In this document: positions 46,330 through 57,300 of the stretch, in pieces
How the letters are laid out: every line of letters begins with the position of its first letter
Numbering within the stretch: the first letter of the stretch is position 1
Source of the DNA: Piromyces finnis finn
Taxonomy: Eukaryota > Fungi > Neocallimastigomycota
Direction of reading: 5' to 3'
Assembly (NCBI GenBank): GCA_002104945.1
Contig: MCFH01000007.1
Location: forward strand, 124,001-188,000
DNA length: 64,000 bases
Notes under the pieces: generated by a model
What the model saw: the letters and a program-made list of their open reading frames with translations, nothing else
The model's database searches: none
Told to the model about the DNA's origin: nothing
Translations under genes and position numbers: made by a program

Positions 46330-49300
46330 GATGATTCTTTTATATATATATATTTATTTATATATATATTGTTTTGTTTATTTTTTTATTATTATTAAAT
46401 GTTTTTTATAAATAAAAAAAAGACTAGAAGATTTACTTTAATAATATTAAAAATATATATTATTTAAAATATATATATTAAAAGGTATAGATGAAAAATT
46501 AAAAAAGAGGAAATTATTTTTATATTTATAGTCTTTTTCTCAATTCTAAAAAAAAAGAACTATTATAAATTTTGGAATTAATTAATATATTATTATTATT
46601 ATTTTAATATTTAATTAATAATTTAATCATAATAAATTTTTATTATAAAAAAAAAACAAAATATTCTTGTGCTTATTTTTACTTAACATTTTTTTTTATA
46701 TAATGAAAATATATAGTTATGATATAATGATCAGTATATTTGAATATATTGAATAATATGTTATTAATTTATTTATAATTAACTTGTTGACTTTTTTTTT
46801 TCTGTTTTTTTTTTTTTTTAATTAATTAAAATACCTTTTTATTCTTGTGTTTCAATTTCCAATTTGTTATTAAATAAAATTCAATTAAAATAATTTAAAT
46901 ATTATAATGTTATAATATATTCTAATTTATGGTAGGTTTAATTAAATAGCAAAACTTTAAAACATTATTATTTATTGATTTTTAATTAAGAAAAGGTTTC
47001 TTTTTTTTTTAACCATATATCATGATTATAGAAAAAAAAATAATATATACATATATTAAATAAGTTTTTACAAAAAATGATATCTATTATTTTTCCTTAT
47101 AGTATTATTATTACTATTATTATTATTATAAATAGATATAAAAGGAATTAAATTTATTATACTACTGAAATGAAACTTTTTCCCTCTCTTTGAATGCCCA
47201 AAGAATTGTATTGGTGATGGTTAATAAACATGTGTAACCTAATAAACAAGAGTAGAATTTTTATTTTAACTAAAAGTAAAAAATTTGTTAAAAATAAAAT
47301 TATTATTTATACATACCATTTATTGTAATATAAAGTAATTTATACATTAATATTATTTATTAATATATTTTTTATCAATTCAATGATTTGAATCATTTTA
47401 GAAAAAAATAATAAGTTTAGAAAAATAAAATAAGAAAATTAAAATTTCCAAAAAAAGGAAATTTAATATAATTCCAATTTTATAAATAAAATCATTATAA
47501 AATGGATAGAAAACGAACAAAAAAATGAGAATTACTTACTCAAAGTAAAGGATATATTTTATATAATTTGATTCCTTCTTAATTATAATATTAATTATTT
47601 ATTACCCTTATTCTCTGTTTTCTTTAAAAAAAATGATATAGAAACATATATTTATGAAAATTTAGTTATTACTATTTTGTTTTTTTTCTATTTAACATCT
47701 CAATTATATTTATTATATATTATATATTAATATAGTAATATAAAATTTTAAAACAATTTTTATCTTATTTTATCCAATAGAAATAAAAAATATAATTTGT
47801 TATTATTATTTACTGTTACACATGATATAATAATAATTTTGAAGATTATCCATCAAACTTATAAACAAAAGAATAAAAAACCTTCCAAAGCACTATTGCT
47901 ATGGCTTTTATTAATAAAAAGAAGAGAAAATAAAAAATATCAATGTTAATAATCTTCATTAAAATATAGAGTTATAAACATATATAAATTAAAACTAAAT
48001 GAAGAAAGTAAATAGGTATATGTTTTATTCTTTCTTAATCAAATTAGAATTAAAATTAAAATGGATTTTGTTTAGTGTTCCTATACATTCTAACTTTTTT
48101 TTTATTAATTTATATTAAAAGTTTTATAATTAATTATATATATATATTAATGTATAATCAAAGCTATTTTAATTAGAAATAATCCATCATCATCGATTTT
48201 TTTTTTTTTTTTTGCTCTAGAATTGACCTTCAACATATTTCTTTAAAATAAAGTTATTAAATATTTATTAGGTAATTTTATTAATAAGTAAAATAGGATA
48301 GATTTTATTTGTTTATTATATCTAATTATAATTTTATAAACTAGGATATATATTACAAACTCAATAATACTCTTTTTATTTCATTCATACATATTATATA
48401 ATAATTGATTCCTTCTTTATTGCTCTTTTTTTTCTAGGACAAAATATTTTATATAAAAATACATATAGGTATAGAAGAAGATGTGGGAAATTTTTTTTTT
48501 ATGTTTTTGATATATACAAAGATAAATTTTTACTAATTAAACCAAAAAAATAAAAAATTATATTTATTAAAGTTTAATTAAACATTTTTTTAAATTAATA
48601 AATATTAAATTATATTGCTAATATAATAAATAATATATTAAATTCATTCATTTTATATATTAAGATATTATTTAATTTATTAAATAATAATTTAAAAAAA
48701 TTATTATTTAATATAAAAATTAATTAATTATTAATAAATATATTGTTATAAAAGTAAATTAAATGTAAGAAGTAAAACTTAAATATAAAAAAAAAAAAGG
48801 TTCAACAAAAATGATAAGAAAAATTAAGTCTTTTTTTTTCTTAATAATATTAAAAAGTTAATAACTATACTATAATTAAAATATATTTAATTAATTCAAT
48901 GATTATAGAAATATCGAATCTATGATTACTTTTTTATATAAAAAAGGTTAATTTTATAATTAATCGTCATAAACATTAAAATAATATTCAATTTATTTAT
49001 TTAGTGTTAAAGAACCTTTTGAACCTTTTTACTTTCTATTACATTCATAAATTAAATACATTGATGTATTTAAACTCGAAATTTTCATTGGAGCAAATAA
49101 ATTAATATATAATGTAAATTTAGATAATGAAATAGTTAATGTTTATTGCTATACCATTCATTAAATATACCAAATAATAATTCATTCATTACTTCTTCTT
49201 CCTACATTAGAAGAATTAATGCGGATTTTTTATAATGGAAATGTTATCTATCTCATTATTCATTTTCATCTTTAACTAATTAGGTTGTAAATGGATATAT

Positions 49301-49566
49301 TTTTTATCGATTTTATCTATAAATTTTTTTTATTTATTTTCATGGCTTTTTAAGCCAATATTCTTATTTATTTTGTCTTTTTTTTTTTACCTATTTTCGA
49401 AGCTTTTTAAATTTATATAATTCTACATAGTTATGCCTCTAGTGATAATCCAATGTATATATCATTCTTAATATTCATCACACATCTTTATATCTTTTCA
49501 ATATAAATGTTATAAGAGCTGGTCAGTTTAATTTGACATTTGCAAAGTTCTTCCTTTCTTTTAAAT

Positions 49567-52121
49567 AAAAATTGGGTATAATGTATTCTAGCGATTTTAA
49601 TTAAAGTAAGAAAGCTACTATTATACTAAAGTATAATAATTGTATTTGATTTCCAATGGGACTCCGAGTCAAAGATCAAAATTGTATCATGGAACAAAAT
49701 TATTATCTCCATTGGTTGTGCTGGTCCTGTCTTACTGTTTCTTCAGCATTGACGCTCTTGGATGTTGCTTCAAACCTTTTGAACATTGACCATTGCTGGC
49801 CAATAGTAAAAGGCATGATTTTGGTTAAAAGTTTCGCTGTTACCGTCAAGAATGGTGTTCCTTCATTAGTACCAGATTGAATCTGATGCTTACAAAGTTC
49901 TTTCCATTCCCTTGAATTGTAATTAATATTGTTAAAACTTCTTCCCCCAAGAAGGAATTTAAATATTTTACTGCACACACTAGAATAATCATACACATTA
50001 ATATTCACCGGATTATTAGAACTATTACTATCATTAACTAAATTACTATCTAAATTAGAATTATTATCTTCACTATTGCTATCATTACTAATATCATTAC
50101 TAATATTATTATTTCTATTACTACTATTGTAATTATTACTATTGTTATTATTACTATTGTTACTATTACTATTACTGTTATTGCTATCTCTACTGATATT
50201 AACATTTTCATTATTATTGATAGGACTATTGGAATTACGTTGACTGAAAAAATTTAATAGCTGGACTATGGAATCATAATGTTTAATACGGATATCTCTA
50301 AATGTTGGACAATCTAATAACCAATGTTTAATACTTTGAACACCACACTTGCAGCATGGACAATAGTTAGGACAAACTGGATCAACAAATTTAGCAGCTT
50401 TGGCAACTCTAGCATCCAACTTGTATCCGCTTCTTGCTTTCAATAGCCAGTAGAAGCCATAGGCAAACTCTGGGTACTCATAACATAATTTAATAAAATC
50501 TTTAGTTTCAATAAACTTATTATCATCATAATATTGCGCTTTGATTGAATTCCTTTTGAGATCTTTCCAATAAAAGTTTTTAACTGCTTTAACATCTCCA
50601 TGTTTCTTTAATTTTTTATCAAGTGTCCTACTTGATTTGCACCACGTGTATTTTCTAAATTTAGGAATGTAATTGACAAGGTGTGAGATAATACAATTTG
50701 AGTTTTTCCATTTGTTAAAACATCTAACCTGAGCTAAAGCACATTTGGCTGACAATGGAGGAATATTCAAATCTTTTGAGATAGAGTATAAAGATATAAA
50801 CGATACAGCTTTATGAACTCCGGCAACCCATCGTATTCCTTTGTTAACATGCTTCTGAGCAATCCTAGACCTAGCTTTGTTGGATCCAAGTAATGGTGCA
50901 AAGTATGAAACTCTGCTGATTACTTGTGAGTTAAGTACTAGTTTTTTGAAAGGAATAGGAATATTAGGATTTCTTAAGAATTTACTGACTGAGAAAAGCC
51001 CTTTCAAAACCTTGTTATTAAGAGCTTTAATTACTGGTTTAAGGGACAGATTCTTATCAAATGGAACACCAAGATAAGTATAGCAATCAGTAGTTGGAAT
51101 GGGTTGTCCTGCTAAGTAAAATGTTGGATCTCTCTTGTTCTGATTTTCTATTGATTCAGGACGAATCACCATCGTTGAACATTTCTGGATACCAAATTCC
51201 ATTTCATTATACAATGCCCATTCATTAACTCTTCTAAGCATCTTTTTTAAGCATCCTCTTGTTGGAGCACAAATAACTATATCATCTGCAAAAAGTCCAC
51301 CACAGCATCGAGTGTCACCTAAACTGACTCCTAGATCTTCGCACTCTCTAAATATATCATTAATAAAGAGATTAAAGAGAATAGGAGAAAGAGGGCATCC
51401 TTGACGGACTCCTTTCTTCACATCAAAAGATTTCGAGAATTGTCCATCTAATTTGACATTAGCCTTAGATGTTAAATATAAATTTTTGATAAATTGTAAA
51501 CTCTTACCTCGGATTCCTAAGCAATCTAATTTATGGAGAATATTACCGATTGGGACTGAATCGTATGCTTTCCTGAGATCTAAAAAGGCCAAATATGTCT
51601 CTTTATTATCTAATTGACGTCTACGGCATATTTCTTGGATTGAAATGAAAAGACTGATACTTTCTTCCTTTTTTCGAAAACCAAATTGTTCAGGTCTAAT
51701 GAAATTATTCTTTAAACCATATTCTGAAATTCTAGTGGTGACAATTTTGGAAATCAACTTAATACCATTATTGATAAGTGATATACCTCGATAGTTATCA
51801 CAATCTGTCAAATCTCCCTTCTTAGGAATAGAAACAATACTGGATTCATTCCATGAGTTGGGGAAGTCTCCATCCCAAATACGGTTGAATAATTTAAGAA
51901 TAAAATTTAAAATTTTTGATGAATAGGATGAGGAAGAATCGTTGCTATTATTACTATTATTAAAGTTACTATTACTCTAAATACTATGACTTATAACATC
52001 ATTTTTACTGTTATTATTATTATTACTAATGTTACTATCTTTGCTATTGTTATTTTTATTGATAAATTCACTTAAATGCTTATTACTAACATTACTCCTT
52101 ATTTTCACTGTTAAACTATTT
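49567..52121 (-). mobile_element. 5'-truncated non-LTR retrotransposon (LINE): RT domain, C-terminal CCHC zinc knuckle and 3'UTR
   Basis: ORF 49703-51811 extends upstream in frame through ILKLFNRIWDGDFPNSWNESSIVSIPKKGDL to a TAG at 51977-51979. RT motifs are NYRGISL, QFGFR, FLDLRKAYDSV, GVRQGCPLSPILFNLFIN, FADD and YTYLGV. The knuckle CPCCKCGVQSIKHWLLDC is C-x2-C-x8-H-x4-C. No endonuclease or ORF1 is present. The 3' boundary is set by homology with 4786-5213. Confidence 0.95.
49703..51976 (-). CDS. LINE ORF2 remnant: reverse transcriptase plus CCHC, uninterrupted from the in-frame stop to its own stop
   Basis: A continuous frame of about 757 codons with an intact FADD catalytic motif. It has no native start because of the 5' truncation. 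Confidence 0.85.
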   Translation of the reverse strand, partial: SNSNFNNSNNSNDSSSSYSSKILNFILKLFNRIWDGDFPNSWNESSIVSIPKKGDLTDCDNYRGISLINNGIKLISKIVTTRISEYGLKNNFIRPEQFGFRKKEESISLFISIQEICRRRQLDNKETYLAFLDLRKAYDSVPIGNILHKLDCLGIRGKSLQFIKNLYLTSKANVKLDGQFSKSFDVKKGVRQGCPLSPILFNLFINDIFRECEDLGVSLGDTRCCGGLFADDIVICAPTRGCLKKMLRRVNEWALYNEMEFGIQKCSTMVIRPESIENQNKRDPTFYLAGQPIPTTDCYTYLGVPFDKNLSLKPVIKALNNKVLKGLFSVSKFLRNPNIPIPFKKLVLNSQVISRVSYFAPLLGSNKARSRIAQKHVNKGIRWVAGVHKAVSFISLYSISKDLNIPPLSAKCALAQVRCFNKWKNSNCIISHLVNYIPKFRKYTWCKSSRTLDKKLKKHGDVKAVKNFYWKDLKRNSIKAQYYDDNKFIETKDFIKLCYEYPEFAYGFYWLLKARSGYKLDARVAKAAKFVDPVCPNYCPCCKCGVQSIKHWLLDCPTFRDIRIKHYDSIVQLLNFFSQRNSNSPINNNENVNISRDSNNSNSNSNNSNNNNSNNYNSSNRNNNISNDISNDSNSEDNNSNLDSNLVNDSNSSNNPVNINVYDYSSVCSKIFKFLLGGRSFNNINYNSREWKELCKHQIQSGTNEGTPFLTVTAKLLTKIMPFTIGQQWSMFKRFEATSKSVNAEETVRQDQHNQWR

Positions 52122-52691
52122 AAAAAAAAAAAAAAAAAAAAAAACATAATTTTAATTTTTATATATTTTTATTTAAACTTTTTTCTTTTTGAAAATTTAA
52201 AAATAATGAAATAAAAAATTAATACTTAAATTAAAATAAATATATTTAAAAAAAAAATACAATAAAATGTAATTATTTACATAAAATTTTATACAATTGA
52301 CAAAATAAAAAAAAGATGAACTTAAAGTGCTATTAATAATACTTAAGATAGTTTTGTATTATTAATTTTCTTCAAATATACTTTTCACCTTTTTTTTTTT
52401 TAATTACATTTTTATAACTTATATTTTTTTTCTATTGTATTTTCTAAAAAAAAAAATTATTCTTTATGCGATATTGATTATTTTATACTATAATGCGATT
52501 AAAAAAAATGATATTATTTATACATTGTAATAATATATATAAATAATTATAAATATTACTATATATAAAAAAAATAATAAAATGAATCTCTAATAAAATT
52601 TATTAATTTCATAGATTCATTTCCCCTTATTAAAATAATACTTCATGCAATGGATTGATATCCAATTGGTAAGTAATTATCATTATTATGC

Positions 52692-54354
52692 TTAAACCTT
52701 GTTAGCATTTTCCTCAAAGCATTCATTAACACCTTTTTTGAATTCTTCTCTTTCTTTAATAGTATCATCACCGTAAAGTTTGTCCATATCTTCAAGTGGA
52801 ATACCTCTGGTTTCACGAACACAGAAATGAGTGAATACAAAAGCGATTAAACAGAAACCGGCGTAAATTAAGAAAGTGTAGAATTTTAAGTATTTCATTA
52901 AAGTAGTAGTAGTGGAACCAACAAGCATACTACCAATGTATTGGAAGACACCACCAATAGTATTGGCCTTAGCACGCATACGAATTGGGAAGAGTTCAGA
53001 AATGAAGACAAAGACGGCAGCACTCCAAGACCAACTGTAAATAACACCAAAGAGATACATAACAACAACACAGATCCAACCGAAGACGGACTTTTTAGTG
53101 GCATCACAAATATGACAAAGAGCGTAAACAGCAACCATACAGCAACCTAATCCAAAAGCACCCCACTTAAGAATTGGTCTTCTACCAAAGTTTTCAATAT
53201 ATTTCATGGCTGGAACAGTACAAATTAAAGAAATGACGTTATTTAAAGTAGCGAGCCAAGCACCCCACTTTGGAAGAGAAATACCAAGATACTTTTCGTA
53301 GATTTGAGTAGAGTAGAAACCAATAGCATTAACACCAACAAGCATGTGAAGTAATTGTAAAACAGAAATAATAATAACACGGTATAAAATAGACTTGGTA
53401 TTAAATAATTCCTTCCAGGTGCACATACCTTCAGAAAGTTCAACCTTAAGCTTAGTACTCATGGCATTAAATTCTTCAGCAACAGCAGGATCAGTAGTTT
53501 CCTTTTGACGAATATAGGCAAGGTTCTTAGCAGCTTCTTCATCCTTATTCTTCATTAATAAGTAACGTGGAGTTTCCCTAAGGAACCAGACAAAGATAAT
53601 AAATAATGTAGCTGGAATCATTAAACCAGCAAGAGCAGCTTTCCATTGGGAAGTCATATTCTTAGTAATTAATTTAATACAAAGAGTATTCCATAAACAG
53701 GCAAAGAACATACCACCTTGAAGACCAATAGAGTTAATAATACCTAAAGTACCTCTAATTTCTTTTGGAGCATATTCAGCAATAAATAATGGACAAACAC
53801 ATAAAGTAATACCAGAAGCAATACCAGCAATGAAACGACCAATACATAATTGAACTATTTCATTACTTAAAACTTGAACAATACCACCAACAAAGTAAAT
53901 AATTGAACCTAATTGTAATGATCTTAAACGACCAATAGAATCCATAATGTAAAGAACTAATATAGAACCGAAAATACCACCAACAGTAAATGATGGAGTA
54001 ATAATCATTTCTCTAAGGTTCTTGTCATCAGTTTCAATGAAACCTTTTCTTGGCTTGAAATAGTATAAACCAAACTTAGCACCAAAGGAAGCTCTCATTG
54101 AGAAGATAATACTTTATTTATTATTACAAATTAATTTCGTTAATATTTAATTTTTTTAAAAAAAAAAAATATATTAGGTACTTATTTTCATAACTTAATA
54201 ACTATCTTTTAGTACCTAAAAATAGTTTGTTTATTTTATTTATTAATACTTACTTTAACATACCAGCTTCCCAACCGTAAATAACGGAAGCAACGGAAGC
54301 AATACTGGCAAATAATAATAATCTCTTGGTAATAAAATCGAATTTTCTAACCAT
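52692..54354 (-). CDS. MFS sugar porter (paralog 2); exons 54354-54254 and 54111-52692
   Basis: MVRKFDFITKRLLLFASIASVASVIYGWEAGML|NIIFSMRASFG..., followed by MDSIGR, GRFIAG, PLFIAEYAPKEIRG, RETPRYL, ENFGRRP, ELFPIRMRAKA and RETRG. Clearly paralogous to 44454-46329. Confidence 0.93.
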
Positions 54355-57300
54355 TTTTACAAAAAAGTCTTGAACTTTTTAAAATATAAATCTAAATTAT
54401 TTTATTTAAATATAATGCTTTTTACTATAAGCTTTAAAATTTCTTTTTTTATTTTCCTTAAATAACTCTAATTCCTATATATTTCTCTTTAATAATTTTT
54501 TATTTCTTCTATTTTTAAAATAATAACTATTGTCAATTTCTTCTACTATTTAGGTATAAAAATATTAACAATATATTATTTTTAAATAAACGAAATAATA
54601 AATTTTCAATTTACTTTAATTTTAAACAAAATAAAAATAAAAGAAAATATATATATATTTTTTAATTGAAGACATTTCCAGTTCATTTTATAGGATTTTT
54701 TGAACTAGTTTCATCTTCAAAATAAAAACTAATTTTATTTAATAATAAATTAAATATGTTTATTTATATATTTATATACATATATTAATTATATTAGATT
54801 TTCTTATTATAAAAGTTTATTTAATAAGAAATGGTTTTACTTTGTATTTATTTATTTTATTATCCATTTATTCATTTATTAATTACCTATTTTTTTTATT
54901 ATTTATCCATATATTAGAATTATTTTACTTAATAAACCCTATTTATTATTAGGTTACAATTTTTTGTTACATAATAAAAATAAATTAATAGAAAAGTATA
55001 TTGTAATTTAGTATTACAAATAGTTAATATTTAATATAAATAGTATAACCTTTCATTTATAATAAATTAAATTGGCATATATAACAATAAATTTTTGGAT
55101 AAAATCAGTTTCAAAAATTATTATTTATATTATCAATATAAAAATTATTAATTTTATTACCTATATATAATATAATAATATATATTTTATTATATTTTAA
55201 TATATTATCAAAAAAAAAAAACTATTAAAGAAAAAAACTATTTGTTTCCTAAAATTAATTACAATAAATTGATGTATTAATACAATAATGTAATAAAATC
55301 CATTTTCTTATAATAATAAAAAGTTATTTTTTATATATATTATTTAATAGTAATTTTTTGCCAAAAAAAAAAAATTAAAAAAGTTATTCTATAAAATTTA
55401 TTATTGAAATATTGAAATAATAAAAAAGGAAAAACTTATAAAGATTTTATATTATATCAAAGTATATTCATTAACCAATTTAAAAAAAAAAGAGTCAATA
55501 ATAAATAGACAATTATTTATAGTATATAAAGTAACATTGTTTTTCTTATTACATAAAAATTATTTTCTAAAAATTAAAATAAAACGAAAATATAATTGCT
55601 TCTTTTTTTTTTTCATTTATTATACGTTGTGGACTCTTGTGTAAAATGTTGATAATAAACTTTATTTATGAATAAATATATTAGTATCATATATTACTAT
55701 TGATTCTGTTCCTTATTAGAGTTAAATGAATTCCACATCAGCCCAAGATTCATATATAAATCAATTTATTATTCAACTTATTTCCAGCATATAATTTGTG
55801 TCATTATGACAATCATTAATATATTCATATAATTCAGTTTCATTGAATTAAAGCTTAAATTAATAGATTCTTCCATTTTATATATAAAAAAAAATTTAAA
55901 GTGGATATTTTTTATTTACACACTGATTTAAAAAAAAAAAAGTTTAAAAATTTGATAAAATAATTTTATTTTATAAATATATTTTAGGAAAAATATCATC
56001 TTATATTCTTCTTTACAACGACAATTTTACTATTAAAATAAATAGTTTTATTCCTGTGTTAACGTCGCTGTTTTTATTATTATCTTTAAAATAAAAAAGG
56101 ATCAATTTTTATTATACAGAATACATAATAAAGTCAGTTTAAAATATCATTTGGTTCTGGACTTTATTCAATAATTGTTTTAATGTAACAATAAATAATT
56201 ATGTAATATATGGATTACCAATATTTTTAATGTTAAGAAAAAATTTTTCCATTAAATAGTTAACTTTAAAACTTAATAAATATTAATTTATAAAGTTTAT
56301 TAATTAATAAATTTTAGTATAGAACTTTGTTTTATAATTTCTTTTTTTTTTTTAGGGAGAAATTTAATGTACTTACTGTCTAAATAGTTTATAAAGTAGA
56401 ACTGTATAATGAAAATAATTTAACATGAAATAATAATGTATTTATATATTTCTTAGTGATATATATCTATTATATATCTATTTAGTTGTTGTTATTAATT
56501 AATTATTTATAGAAAATAGTATATAAATAAAATAAACACTAAACTTTAAAAAAAAAAATTATTTAGGTTGCCATGCTTTACCTAATTTTTTTTATAAACA
56601 TTTAATTGACTAATTCGTGATTATTTTAATCTATTCTATGTAATTGATAATTAATAAATTTTATTAATATTTAAAGTTTTTATTTAATATTTCATATCTA
56701 TGAAATTAGTAGTAAAAAAAAAAAAAAGGATTGAAATATAATTAATTTATGTACATATTTTATTAATCCTTATTCATATAAAATATATAAAATATTGTTT
56801 AATAATGTATTACAATAAAAAGATATATTAAAACATTTTTATTCCAATTAAATATATAAAAGTTTTATTTTCTTTTTTATTTCAAAACGAGTCACTTTCT
56901 TACAATATTTTCTTAAAAATAAAAACTTCAAAACGAGTAAATTGTTTTTTTTTTTCTAATTTTAGTTTTTCCTTAATTTATTATTTAAAATTTCATATAA
57001 TTAAGCTTGTTAAAGTTATTAAGATTATTATTTAATTTTTTATAAAATATATATATATATTCTCGTTTCACAATTCTAAACTTTATTAAAAAAAATTGTG
57101 ATAAAGATAATTGAATTTATTATAAAATTAATATAAAAAGTAAATTATATAAATAATTAAACAAAGTTCGGTTTTTCATGTTTGTTTTTATTCTTTATTT
57201 ATATAATATTTATAATGATATTTTCATGCTAAAGTTAATTTATTATTGAATGTATTTTAATTAATAAAAAAGATAGATAATTATAAAGTTTTTTTTATAA

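Noticed and set aside
49555-52145. Target-site duplication for the large LINE
   Set aside because: Only tttaaa within T/A runs is shared by the two flanks, which is not distinguishable from background.
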